DNA of 64,000 bases, from positions 30,628,001 to 30,692,000 of the forward strand of contig OX597818.1 in NCBI GenBank assembly GCA_951406725.2, in the 5' to 3' direction. The notes beneath the pieces were generated by a model. It made no database searches. It was not told where the DNA came from and saw only the letters and a program-made list of their open reading frames with translations. Of this stretch, positions 37,901 to 50,374 are shown one piece after another. The position numbers were made by a program, and so were the translations under genes. This DNA comes from Octopus vulgaris (Eukaryota). The stretch's first letter is position 1, and every line of letters begins with the position of its first letter.

Positions 37901-39153
37901 TGCCTTCACTTCGTATGTAACTAATTACTTAAACACCTATTATCGTTTTATTATATAGATTGACAGAGGATGTACTATGCACACAAATGCAAATTTGTCA
38001 TAGTATGTGCTTTACACAAATGTCCTAGAATAGTTAACTCTTTAGACTTCCTTGTAAATATTTGCAATGGGAAACTTACATTTACTTTAGTAAGTAACGC
38101 TAAGTACTGGAGAGGGGTATTGAATAATTGGCGAATGTTTTGTTAATTTGCAGTTCTAAACTTCAATTTTTTTCACAGACTTGAAGACATCAACGGAAAA
38201 CCACTATCAAAAATGGTTATTTTAATCGCTACAGAGAAACAAAATTTTCTGTAATGTATTTTGATGACGTAGTCTTAAGTCAGACATCATTGAGCTAACA
38301 TGTGAGTATTCAATATAGATACTGGATGCGATCTACAGAAGCTATTGCTCTAGATATACCATGCTTCTGTCTTGTGAAAGACAATTCTGTGCAATCAGGG
38401 TTATAGGATATTACCTTTCTTTTTACTTACCTGAGTAGTACATTAACACACATCACATTAATTGAACCCGTCTTAAATTGTGTTAGTGTATGCTATTTAA
38501 AGAAACATTAGCATGCATAGTGTTATCTATTTAATGATTAGTATTAATAAACTTACCATTCATCTTCTAGACCAGTTTCAAAATTAAAGCTGCTTGAACT
38601 ATGTTTCTTGGCGTATTTTCCTTGACGTTGGTAACGTTTTGGAATTGGAGACCGTTTTTTGTTGCGAAGGCTATTGAATACATTATTTGGATCAGCGTAA
38701 GCACTCCATGAATTACTGCGCGAGCTTTCGTAATCCGCTCCGAAATAACCAGCGTGAGAATTAGTTTCTTTGGTTGCCGAAGCAACAAAGTCTTCAGACC
38801 ACAAGACAGAAGTGGAACCAGCACGGCTTACGATTTCTCCTTTTTCCATATCGATCTCCAGGCCGACATCAGCTAGTGACTCGGTGTACTGAAAACGAGG
38901 AAAAAGCACACAGGTTAATTCCTCTTTTATACTAATTCCATTTATATAAGAAGGATGACTATAAAAGCAATTTTACAACTTGATTGTTAGTTTATTTTAT
39001 CGATTCTGAAAGGATGAAAAGCAGACTTGATATATAATATATAACCTTGAATTAAATAAAACCTGCTTCCATTCCATTTAATCCATTTAATTCGTTACTG
39101 CCCTAAATGATTTTGTGTAGCGTAAATTAGGACCAGAGAACTAGTTTATATAG

Positions 39154-39184
<31 letters not shown>

Positions 39185-41302
39185 TGTATGTATGTATGTA
39201 TGTATGTATGTATGTATGTATGTTTGTATGTCGTATATAACACGAAAACAAACATACCCCACTTCCGCGTGATATATCTGCCATTGCTTTTTGACGAAGT
39301 CGTGTGTGGTTGCGATACCAGCTACTTAGCAAGATGAAAATAACGCACAGGACCGGAATCGATGGCGCAGCTATGGTGACCATCATCCATTTTGTTGACG
39401 AAGGTTTCGGTGGATGACCCTGGCGTGGAAGTAGTGACTTGATTACCGTCACTTTTTCAAATATCTACAAATAAATTAATAAAAATCAATAAGTATAAGG
39501 TAACCATCGAAAATTAGTTGCTTTGTTGACTGAAAATTTACCTCACCATTTTATGCCAAATTAAAACACAAGCACATGTGCATGCATACATATTAAAGAC
39601 ATGACTATGTTCAATTTGCATCTTTATCATTTAGGATTTTTCATAAGTTCCTAATTTGTCCTTCACAATAACGTTACTGAATCCATGCAGTCATTTACGT
39701 TTCAAGATATTCTCAGCTTTATCATTAGAACGAGATGATAGTCATGATGTGATATGTGCTTGGCAGTAAGTTTCAAGCATCTCGGGGATACTTTATAACT
39801 GATAAGAACATCAGCGCCTGATATAAAAATTCTACAATAGTTAAGTTCTGGTAAATCATATTACTTATTTTGTTTGATATGTTTGTGCGTTGAATTTTAG
39901 TTTGTATTTTATTAATAACAAATGCACTGGTAATTCTTCTCAGATTTTTTTTCTGGAATTCTTTATATAAAATTTTAGAGTTATCAACTAATGTTTTTGC
40001 ATCTAATTTTATTTCAGTACTATATTATTATTAGTTACGATGTCTCCTTGCTATACATGCATGGTCAACCGATGAAAAAGTGTCATACTTGTTGGTCCAA
40101 CAAATATAACCACGCTGTCTATACCAAGTATATTGATGATGTATTTATTGTGATGGATACGTTTGAACAGACTGTTACTTGTTGTAAGCTATTTCCTAAC
40201 AACCAGCTTCAGTTTTGTTCGTGCAAAGTAGTGATCTGTCTAACAGGCAGTTCACCGCAAGATTGCAAGATAGCCGAATACATTATAAAATTACAAAATG
40301 TAAATAATTTTTGAATAAACAGTGTAAATGTTTACCGCATATTTTAAATGTACACTTATTTCTGTAAGCTGAAGTCTTGCAAATATTTCTGCCGCTTTCT
40401 CAGCTTCTACTACAGATCCATTTTCTTGCATTTGGAAATATATACTGACCAAAGCATCTCGGCGATCTTGACGAATTATCTGGAAATAATCAAGAAATAA
40501 AAATGAACGCTAAAACAAAACGTATGAATGTAATAACAAATCTGTACCTACCTGACATATGTGTATATATTAATCCATATGCATTTCAAAACAAAGATAA
40601 CTAATATTGGGTTGTCCAGAAAGTTTGTGCCGATTTATAGTCGCTTACCTTTCGACTTATTTTAGAACATGGTTGAGTCCATAAAATAGGATTTGACTAC
40701 ACATCCATTTAGAGCACAGTTTAAGCTATCTCTTCGTGGAAGAAGGTTTATGTTCCTATAACCTGTGTTAATTCTGTAACCCTTTAAAATGGAGGATAAG
40801 AAAGTTCATTTTCGGCACTTGATGTTTTGGGAACCAGACAAAAATTGCTGTAGCTCGGCTGGGATGTGTTACCTCACCCTCCATATTCACCAGGTATTGC
40901 TCCTTCGGATTTCCACTTATTCAGGTCTCTGCAGAATAGTCTTAATGGTAAAAATTTCAATTCCTTGGATGACGTAAAAAGATACCTTGATGAATTCTTT
41001 GCCATGAAACCCCCTCAATTCTGGGAAGAGGGTATTTTCAAGTTAAAGGAAAGATGCAGACGCATTGTGCAACAAAATGGCTCATATTTGGTTGATTAAA
41101 AATGTAATGGCAAATATTTATTGACCTTTTTCTTTCCTTTAAAAATCGGCACGAACTTTCCGGACAATCCAATACTTTTATTATTAATTTAGTGTGTCCC
41201 TAAATATGTTTCTGTATGTCAAATTTAAATGTAGCTGGTGTACAAACAGGGTATAAACATAGATTAAAGGCAATACATACATACATACATACATACATAC
41301 AT

Positions 41303-41368
<66 letters not shown>

Positions 41369-43378
41369 GTATGTACGTACGTGCGTTCGTGCGTGTATTC
41401 AAAAAATATATAGAAGTACAAAGAAAACAAATGAAAAATACATACATAGTGTCACTAAATCCTCTTCAGTTAACGCCCAAATGATCATAGCAATTTCACT
41501 CCTTTAACGATGGGCGATAACTGAAGAGGATTTAGCGACGCTCTATGTGTATATTTTCCATTTGTTCTGTTTGTTTGTACTTCTATATATTTTTTGAACA
41601 TATTATTTAATATAACGTCACGCACCTTCTTATTTTGTTAACATTGTGTGTGTGTATATATATATATATGCTACTTTTCTGTTAAGTCAAGGTCAGCAAA
41701 AAAGCACTTCATTTAGTGAGTGATAAATATTAATGTACACAGTTATGAGCTACTAATAGTTTCAGACATTGAAGACATTATCTAGGCAGTTTTTAAAACA
41801 CGCCCAATGTCTCCAAATAATGTTCAGGCTTGGGGTACATGGCTTATATAAGTTAAAAACCAGGACAATTGAACAAGAGAAATTACGAGAAAAGACGGGA
41901 TGAAAGTTGGTTCAAAAAGTGGCATAATGAAAAAAAACGAGGGGTGGGGAAACAAAGGAGAAAAACGAGAAGAGTTATTTTCCCTTTGACCGTAGTGTCG
42001 CAAGGCTAGATGATGTTGAGTCTAAAGTCTGTGAGACAGATGATCAATTTGGAGAGGGTGGTATCATATTCGCCAAAAGAACTTTGTTCATATGTTTGCA
42101 TTTGATGAAAATTTCTGATCTGGTATTTGGTAGTGCGGTGGAAATCTTAGATCAAAAAAGAATATGCGACCTTTCAGCTCGAACAACATGCCATATGTTA
42201 ATTGATAAAAAATGTAAGTTATGTGTACCTGAAAGATCGTACACTCTCCCATCCCCAAATTCCGTCGGATTGTTGAATTCCATATGAGAAATTTTCAGAA
42301 AATGCAAGCATATGGACAAGTTTCTTTTAGGGAATTGGAGAACATCACCCTTTCCGGATCGAGTGGCTGCTTCGCAAATTTCAGACCCTTTCCGTTGATT
42401 CTACATCACTTAGCCTTATGAAACTATCCTAATTCTTCTTTTTCTTTTTTCCGTTTTTTTTTTCTTTCTTTAACCATTCCACTTTTTGAAACTACCTTTA
42501 TCTCATCTTTGTTGGAGGTTCATTGAATATTAGTTGACTAGGTGATAGTGAAAAGAAATGAATTAAAATATAGTAAAAGAAAATTGGTGAGGGTGAAGAG
42601 TTATTTCCCATGAATTCGTGTTAGCCAAAGGTGAGATGTGTAAACTGCGTGTGTATCTATATAGCTTCACTTGTTTTTACTACCACCAAGCCAACCTAAA
42701 GTCTATGTACCTGCATACATACATAATACATACATAGATGCACACGCACACACATATATATTGAGAGATAGAGAAAGCACACAAAAATTGCATCAATGAC
42801 GTACGTATGTATTTATGCAAGAAATCAATACTTCTCTGTGTTCATGCAAATGAAACTCTTATGCTTTATATTTACCACTGCTTTAACATCGTCCGATCCT
42901 GTTTTACAGCCATCAGCACACTTGGTTAATGTCATTTCATTGATTCGGTGGACCTGATCCTTGGATCCTTCCAGTGAACGTTTCCGTCTCTTTTTCATGC
43001 TGCCAGATTTGTTTACTTCTCCTAAAGCTTTGCCTTCGATATAGCTTTGAACCAAACCTGTACGAATATTATTTAAAGAGAAACGGAAATCAAAACTAAA
43101 GATAGACTAAACAAAAATGAGCCCAGAGAAATAACTCAGAGGCAAGTGACATGTATCTCTTTCTCTTTTACTTGTTTCAGTCATTTGACTGTGGCCATGC
43201 TGGAGTACCGCCTTTAATCGAGCAAATCGACCCCAGGACTTATTCTTTGTAAGCCTAGTACTTATTCTATCGGTCTCTTTTGATGAACCGCTAAGTTACG
43301 GGGACATAAACACACCAGCATCGGTTGCCAAACGATATTGGGGAGACAAACACAGACACACATACGTATACACACACA

Positions 43379-43436
<58 letters not shown>

Positions 43437-46400
43437 CATATATACGACAGGGCTTCTTTCAGTTTCCGTCTACCAAATCCACTCACAAGGCTTTGGTCGG
43501 CCCGAGGCTATAGAAGAAGACACTTGCCCAAGGTGCCTTGCAGTGGTACTGAACCCGGAACCATGTGGTTCGTAAGCAAGCTACTTACCACTCCTACGCT
43601 ATTTGTCTATGAAAAAACAGACAAATATAGGTATATCAAACACCATACAACATGAATTGTTCATTTATTAAAATTATATGTGAGGGTATGTGTGTGTGTG
43701 GGTGTGTGCATGCGCGCGAGTCTTACTTGCTGACGAGGTTTTCCACAACGACGTGGCTTTTAAGAAACCGTTAGTTTAACTTAAGCAGTGATTATTTATT
43801 CACTAAACCACATCTTGGAAGTCGGATGCTGCAATGTCTGTAAAATTTGATCAACGAACTGTATGAAGAATCCTCATTATTTCATAATGATTACTTTTAA
43901 CGTTATGTGGCACTAGGTTATCATCAAGAACTCCTCGGCTATTTATTTTACTACAATCCGCAAATAAACATAGAAGAACCTAAATGTTTCCTTCCGATGT
44001 AATAAATTTACAGATTGGTGTACTGCTTAAATAATCAAAATTTCATTTTGTTAGGTTATATTCAAATACTTACCATTTCTTATATTGTTCTGAAATTGGT
44101 CGCTGTTTATATTTACAGATGTATCTACTTTACAAACAACGAGAAGATTTTGGTGACCTTTATCAAACGTTTGTGACCAAGTACTGCCTGTCTCTTGTGA
44201 CGGAGTACTAACTGATTCTGGCGAAGGAGTTACAGAATTTGATGACGGTGTGTTAGTTGTTGGAACACGATTGTCTTTTGATATATGTTTTGTTGTTTGT
44301 GTCATGGAAGTAAAATCGTACAGGGCGTTTTTCGGAGTAGCTTCTGATTGTATCGATCCACTCGGTTTATGCGTTTTCGATGTTACAATCGTCGTTATAA
44401 ATGGTTTAGAAAAGCTGCGGGATAAAATATGTGGATTAGAAAACTTTGATGTTGTTATCATCTTTGTTCGAGAAGACAGTTTTATGGTGTGAGATTTTGT
44501 GTTCCGAGTAGATATTGTGGATGGCGGGAGAATCATTTTTCTTGTTAGGGATGATGTGTGTTGCTTAGGAAGTGTTGTAGGTAGGTGGGGTCTGTTTCGA
44601 GTAGAAGACGTTGTTGCTAGTGATGGAGTGCGTCGTGAAGAGGTGTTTGTAGTTTGGGGTGTTGTGTGACGTTTGGAAATTTTTTCTGTTATATAAGGGG
44701 GATGCTGTGTAGAAGAAAGTTGTGTGCGTCGTGTGGAGAGGGGTTGCAGGTATAGGGTGGAGGAAGTATGATTTGAAATATTTCCATTATTGATGGATTT
44801 TTGGTGTGACGTAGGCATTTTATCAGTAGTTGCTGATGTCTGTTCAACAATAATTTTGGAATGAAGTTTAGGGAATGTTGGCTGAAATATTTTAGCTGCT
44901 TTTGTGGATAAGTTTTCCGTTGATACAACACGAGTAATTGGTGAGATTCTTAAAGTTGGTATCATAGTTGTTTGGAACAGAGGCTGATGTGTAGGAGTTA
45001 TGTGTGAAGATGACGCTTTGTATTGACTATTTGTCATTATAGTTGACACTGAGGCATCCTGAGAATATGTTGGTAACTCACTGGTAGAAACCGAAGTATC
45101 GTATTTAGTTGTTAAGATAGTATGTTCACTTGTTTTGGGATCTTTGGTAGTAGTGGAGAAGATTTGAGACGTCCGGTGTTTTTCATCTGCAATTGATTTC
45201 GAGGGAGTTGAGTTATCAAAGTCCAGAGGGAAATGAAATAGTTCTTTTGGAGTCGCCGAAGTCGAAAGATGTTTGTATGATCCATGTGTTGGATTTATCG
45301 AATAAGAATTATATTTATGTTCATTCTTTAGTGAAATATCATCTGACACTTTTGAAATTGATGTTTGAGTAGAATCGTCAATATAATTTACTGTAACTGA
45401 AGATTTACTTTCTTCATTACTTCTTCCGGATGAGGCAGCAACATTGTCTTCTGACTTATAGTTCTCAGATTTGGGTGTTGGGAGTTTTGTAAGCATATCA
45501 TGTGGTATCTGTGTGGAAAGAAGTTTTATTAGATCATTAAAATGTATGTCGTTTTGAGATGCTATTTGTTCGCGATTAGTTTTCGATTGTGCTGTATTTT
45601 GCCATAAATACTTTGGAGTCACTGTTTGATATATTAGTTCAGTTTCAGGAGTTGTAAACTGTTTTCGTGTTATTTTCGATTTTTTCATCTTGGTCTTCGT
45701 GTTTCCATTGAGTGACCTAAGGGAAGAACCTTTACCCGAAGATAAAATTGTAGGATTAGTTGATAATTCTGAAATAACGACCTGGTCGGTGGAAGATTTA
45801 GAAGAAAAATTCTCATGGGTGGTCTGTACCTCATTGATAAAATCTGAATTGAAAGGAGCTAAATTATTAAATTGAATTGATGAATTTCTTTTTAAGTTAG
45901 CATCTAAATCAGTGACCGAACCTTTAACTGTTTGCTTAATGATGGTGTTCTCGAAACTTAAGTGCCGGTGGTCTGCGGTAGAAATGAAATTCGGTGCGCT
46001 TGAAACTTTGTTCAGCAAATGGTCGTTCAAACCAGCAGATGTTTTGCTTGGTAAAGAAGTTAATTTGAGATTTTCGTCACTTAACGTCCACTTCGTTCGA
46101 TCATTGGTATATTCAGTGACTTCCTTATGTTTTACGTTATTTGTGTGTCTGGATTCTTTTTCATTCAAATCTGTTTGTTTCACATCTGTTTCCGACAATT
46201 CTTTTACGTTCTTGGGTACTATCACTGTTCTTTCCAGGTTCTTTTCATTTAATGTTGTTGTTAGAGGAAGCATAGTTACATATGATTGTTTATTTTGCTT
46301 GAATCGATCGCTTCTGCTCTTCAAAGTTGATTCTGATTGTGTTGTACGAAATAGTTTTGAAACCTCAAAATTATCTGATATGTTTTGCTGAGCTGATTCT

Positions 46401-47814
46401 TTTCCTTTTCCAGGTTTTAAAACATTTCTGATTGTTGTAACTATTGACGGATTAGGGTTCGGAAATGATTGCTTCACAGTTTTATCTGGTGACGAACCTT
46501 CATTTCTAACAATTTTCTGGAAATGGTCGTGCTCATTTAGTGAATGTTGTTTCCCCTTTCTGTTTCTATATCTGAATAATCGGAAAGGTGAAACAGAAGA
46601 TAATCGGTCTTTAATTTTGTTTTCAGGTATTTGTTTCGTTGTTGAAATTAGATTTCCCGAATTCTGAAAGAAAAATTTTGGCAAAAATGTTGCATCTTGT
46701 TGAAAATTTTCTTTTGACCCAGTCGATAACTCGTTCCTTAACTTAAAACGGTCTTTATGAAATAAGTTTAGTTTTTGCGGTTTTTCTGCATTTGGCGTTT
46801 GTTTTTGATTGACTCTCTTAGGCAGTCGATTCCAGTTCGCAAATCGATCAGTTTTATTCTTATTTGAACTCTCACGGTATTCATCCTTTTTTCCGCGTTT
46901 GTTTGTTGCAAACCTTACTCGGTGGAATTCAGTCGATGTAGAAATGTCATTAATTTTTTTTTTTCCTTTTTTACTCGTTACGTTTAAGCTTTTATTTCGG
47001 ATTCTACTCGTCTTAACTTTTTTTTTCTTTTTTCGTTTTTTATTCGGTAGTTTTTCAGTCTTTTTACTTTTGATCTTTCCTTGAAAATTATATTTTTTAC
47101 TGTCCAACGTGTTATGTGTTCGGTGTGTACTCGGGTCAGTAGATTTCTGTACAGCAAACAATGCTCTGTTCTCTTCCTCTACATTTTGCAATGAGTCAGG
47201 AGTTTCCGCAGAACTTAAATAATTAACAGTCAATCCCATATCAGTGGTCTTCCGTATATTAATGGCGTCAGTTTGTCGGTTTTGACTTGTTTCATTTAAC
47301 TTGGATCGTTTATTGTTTCCTTTTTTTATATTCTTTGATGTTTTGATCTTGTTGGATGAATGTTTCAGTTGCTTATTAACATCTATGGACGATAATTGTA
47401 TCAGCTCCTTTCCATCGATATTAGTTTTATCAGTTGAATTGTAGTCAAGCTCTTTCTCCTCTATCAAGGAACCTAACTGCGAGTTGCTCTCACCGCTGTT
47501 CATTTCTAGCCCATCAACGACACTGTTATTTTTCAAACTGATTCTTTCGTTAAGATCTGAAACGTTGTGTTGAATTTCCTTTGTTTCAATAGTCGTAGTA
47601 TGAACTTTATCTTGCTTCGCTTTATATGCAGTGTAAACGTCTCTTAAGAGAGGTTGTCTTGTTTTTTCAGAAGATGACTCTGACATTTCTGTTGGCGAGG
47701 AAGTAAACATGTGTTCCGTAGAAAGATAATCGGTTGTTTTCTGCGAAGACTGGCTCTTCATTTTATTTATTACACTATCTTCAACTTTCATGATTCTTCC
47801 TTCTGTATTTGCAC
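28734..47814 (-). CDS. Large type-I membrane glycoprotein: mucin-like S/T-rich ectodomain, SEA-like module with furin site, TM helix, cytoplasmic tail (KIAA1549/UPF0606-like); 5'-partial
   Basis: Exons 47814-44074, 43057-42876, 40479-40336, 39464-39258, 38888-38557, 36476-36361 and 28906-28734 chain in frame (phases 1,1,0,0,0,2,1) to about 1630 aa. The family call is from recalled motif resemblance only. Confidence 0.75.
30575..30783. repeat. (TATG)n microsatellite grading into (CATG)n
   Basis: About 45 perfect units seen directly. Confidence 0.98.
31277..31509 (+). mobile_element. SINE family C, full length with TSD
   Basis: Flanked by GGTACTTACTCATAGG at 31261-31276 and about 31510-31526. 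Confidence 0.88.
32285..33000 (-). mobile_element. Decayed R4/Dong-like LINE N-terminal fragment
   Basis: TNINITNINEII*AA and WKTNIQKKI remnants resemble R4/Dong ORF motifs. Confidence 0.45.
33187..33292. repeat. Near-perfect 40-bp inverted repeat hairpin
   Basis: atgagtagagatggcttttttgaggggataa / ttatcccctcaaaaaagccatctctactcat. Confidence 0.9.
33377..33745 (+). mobile_element. SINE family A copy
   Basis: gcaggcgtggctgtgtggtaagaagcttg head plus core. Confidence 0.85.
36361..36476 (-). CDS. Putative cytoplasmic exon (WLGCLLSTDYCDAGNFKAEWLQLQSFRRCSLGANEHNTT)
   Basis: cttgacag acceptor, CAG|GTCTGT donor; phase 2-1 bridges the neighbouring exons without stops. Confidence 0.62.
36693..37058. 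mobile_element. Self-inverted element with hammerhead-like core on - (36738-36880)
   Basis: Arms about 36693-36815 / 36915-37058; cuu-CUGAUGAG...GAAAC-agcu-GUA-aag. Confidence 0.55.
38557..38888 (-). CDS. Membrane-protein cytoplasmic exon
   Basis: ttttcag acceptor; ends TG|GTAAGT (donor overlapping in-frame TAA). Confidence 0.82.
39258..39464 (-). CDS. Membrane-protein exon with transmembrane helix
   Basis: tttgtag acceptor, GGG|GTATGT donor; WMMVTIAAPSIPVLCVIFILLSSWY followed by basic RNHTRLRQK. Confidence 0.88.
40336..40479 (-). CDS. Membrane-protein exon, second half of SEA-like module (not in ORF track)
   Basis: tttccag acceptor, GCG|GTAAAC donor, 144 nt open: IIRQDRRDALVSIYFQMQENGSVVEAEKAAEIFARLQLTEISVHLKYA. 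Confidence 0.85.
40607..41172 (+). mobile_element. Internally deleted mariner transposon
   Basis: TA-flanked about 30-bp TIRs (ttgggttgtccagaaagtttgtgccgattt / aaatcggcacgaactttccggacaatccaa); N-terminus MEDKKVHFRH fused to HPPYSPGIAPSDFHLFRSLQN C-terminus. Confidence 0.93.
41398..41597. repeat. 80-bp inverted repeat hairpin element
   Basis: ttcaaaaaatatatagaagtacaa...cttcagttaacgccca vs tgggcgataactgaagag...gtacttctatatattttttgaa. Confidence 0.85.
41885..42510 (+). mobile_element. Penelope-like element remnant (GIY-YIG C-terminus) with inverted partial copy
   Basis: + frame: KKCKLCVPER...LLNSI*EIFRKCKHMDKFLLGN; - strand 42065-42130: NTRSEIFIKCKHMNKVLLAN; 3' flanks also inverted (41885-41940 / 42450-42510). 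Confidence 0.7.
42876..43057 (-). CDS. Membrane-protein exon with KKRRKR|S furin-like site
   Basis: tacag acceptor, GTG|GTAAAT donor, phase 1-0; GLVQSYIEG...KKRRKRSLE...DDVKAV. Confidence 0.85.
43160..43595 (-). mobile_element. SINE family A, full length
   Basis: Reverse complement of the 11730 copy with internal (CA)n. Confidence 0.87.
44074..47814 (-). CDS. Giant 3741-nt exon, low-complexity S/T/K/N-rich ectodomain
   Basis: 1265-aa ORF; tctttcag acceptor at 47815, G|GTAAGT donor at 44073; phase 1-1. Confidence 0.9.
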
Positions 47815-48768
47815 CTGAAAGACATACAACAACGAAATTAGGACACATGATATCAATATATTCTCATTTGAAAGAGACTGTGAACTACATGAAGAACAAA
47901 AACATGATGGAAGGAAACGATATTCTTCCGATATCGTAAACCTTGCCTTCCATCATTATTAAAAGACGATTAATAAATTGCCTTTGCAATGTATTCGCAT
48001 TCTAATAGACTCTCACCCCGACTCCTTGATTTTAATCTACGAGCCAGTTAAAGGAAGACCTGAAGGGAATTAATAGATGTTATTAACAGAGAAATGTTGT
48101 ACGATCAACTATAAAGGAATAACTTAAGGCGATATGACGGTGCTAATAATTAAACTGCATTCTATATACTAACATTTGCTGTCCATTTGAGTTAGATTAC
48201 AATAGCAACCAGGTAAAAGTTATACAGGCTTAACGGCTAAATGTGAAAATTTCCGAATTAATGGTATTTCTTCTGGTTTTATGCTTTGAGTTCAAATTCC
48301 GCCGAGGTCGACTTTGCCGTTCATCCTTTCGGGGTTGATAAAATAAGTAACAACTGAGCACAGGTGTAGATGTAATCAACTCGCCTCCTCCTCTAAGATT
48401 TCAAGTCTTGTGCCTATAGCGAAAGGGATTGTTTTAATGGATGGTAGATGGTAAAGATAATAGTGACCGAACAAAATGCTTTGGGTATTTTAACCAAACA
48501 GAAGCGAGTATTTTACACATCATCGTAGCGAAGAACTCTGTTTTCATAGTAACCAAAGTAACCAAAGATAGTAACCAAAGATGCTGCGTATGCGTACAAG
48601 GAATGTAACGAACAAATTGAGTGTAATCAACAAATTGAGAGTACTTGGGCATCTTTAAAACGTGAAACAAACTCTGTTCCATGGTTAACTCTTATCTTTG
48701 TGAATTTATGTGGAGATAAAATTCTTGAGTTTTTGAATTTTTAAAACTTATAAATGTCTGTTTTATGC

Positions 48769-48958
48769 AATGTTTTAACTGTTATTTCTAGCAACTCCTG
48801 TTGGTTTACTCGTAGCTTTTAAATATTAAATTTGCTCGCGAATATTTTTCACTGTTTATTTTGCTCGTGTATGTTTTAATGTTTTGACTGTTATTTCTAG
48901 CAACTCCTGTTGGTTTGTTCGTAGCTTTTAAATATTTAATTTACTCGCGAATGTTTTC
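48769..48958. repeat. Tandem duplication (about 109-bp period, 2 copies)
   Basis: aatgtttt(a/g)actgttatttctagcaactcctgttggttt...ctcgcgaat twice. Confidence 0.85.
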
Positions 48959-49521
48959 GTGTTTTTCATTTTACTGTAGCTAGTTTAATGTTTTGACATG
49001 CCGACCCCCCCACTTACTCGAAATATGTAACTTGTATCGATATTAGAAATCACAGGTTGAACTTCACTAATCCGGAAAACTTGGGACAAAAACATGTGCA
49101 CGAGGAGCGGATTTTCCGGAGCAGTGAAACTTAGAGTACACAATCGCAAAATGATGCATATACTGTACCGTTTTACAAATACTGCAACAACCAGGCGCGG
49201 TCCCAGGAATTTTTCAAAGGAAGGACATAAAGTTAGATGGGAATACAATTCCAGGAGAATAGGGCGAAATAACATTATTTAGAAGGGCGCACTTTTTTTT
49301 TTTGAGGAAGGAACGTGCCCCTCAGGTACCCCACCTTGATAGCTGTATCTCTACAGCAGCATCGACTACTGTGGTGGACTTAAAAAATAATATGGAACAC
49401 TACCTGCTAGACTAGTGGCTATCATGTAAATTAGTGACCTCAAAATTCAAATCACCGTTCTGAACCTCATCGAAGCTGCCGGACAAGTGAATATCGAATT
49501 AGTGAAGTTCAGCCAATGCAA

Positions 49522-49567
49522 CTGCTGCTGCTGCTGTTGCTACTACTACTACTACTACTACTACTAA

Positions 49568-49610
<43 letters not shown>

Positions 49611-49631
49611 ATTGTTGTTGTTGTTGTTGTT
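49522..49631. repeat. Compound trinucleotide microsatellite (CTG/CTA/TTG)
   Basis: Seen directly. Confidence 0.95.
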
Positions 49632-50374
49632 AAGCAACAAGACGGGAAAGGGTGATTAGGTGATGGTCTAGGGCTTAGGGGAGGGAGACCCCAGACCTTG
49701 GAAAAAAAAAACTTCGGTCGTCTTGTAGTCGAGGGCTCTTCGTTGACGCCCGACAACACTGGGAGGTGGCCCTCGAAGTCGCTGCATATGGAGATCTCCA
49801 GGTCCAAATTCTTGAACGGCTGCTGCTGCGCAGTGTCAATACATACTTAGGTCTTTGTATTCACTTGTAAATATATGTTGATTCTCAGCTAGTATGAGTT
49901 TAAACAGATTCTTTTTCTGCTAGAATTGAACAAAAATGCGTTACAATTGAGAGCTAGTAACCTCACCTCTCTCTTTCTCCTCTCTTCTCTCGACCAGTCG
50001 GAAGAAGTGATGTGATTGTGAAATGTATTGAATATCGTCTACAACACAAACTATTTCCTCGATCCAACGCAGGAATCTCTACGTGGTTGCTTGAAATGCT
50101 AGATATAACAAACAAAATTTCCCTCAATCTATGCCTTTCAAAAAAGGAAGGACACATGGGTGGGGTAGGGTGGGGGAACAAATATAGTATGCCCCCCACC
50201 CACCTAAAAAAAGGACATGATGGTCACAGCTGCAATGTCTTTCATCGTAAGGTTTCCTAGATTAGGGATGAATTAAGGCTAAGCAAGAAGAAGAAGAAGA
50301 AGAAGAACAACAACAACAACAGCAACAACAACTTTGGCTACAATAGCAACAACAAGATCATAGCTGTATAGTTA

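Noticed and set aside
41512-41545. CTGAAGAG in the 41.4-kb hairpin
   Set aside because: No stem II or GAAA follows; at most a remnant.
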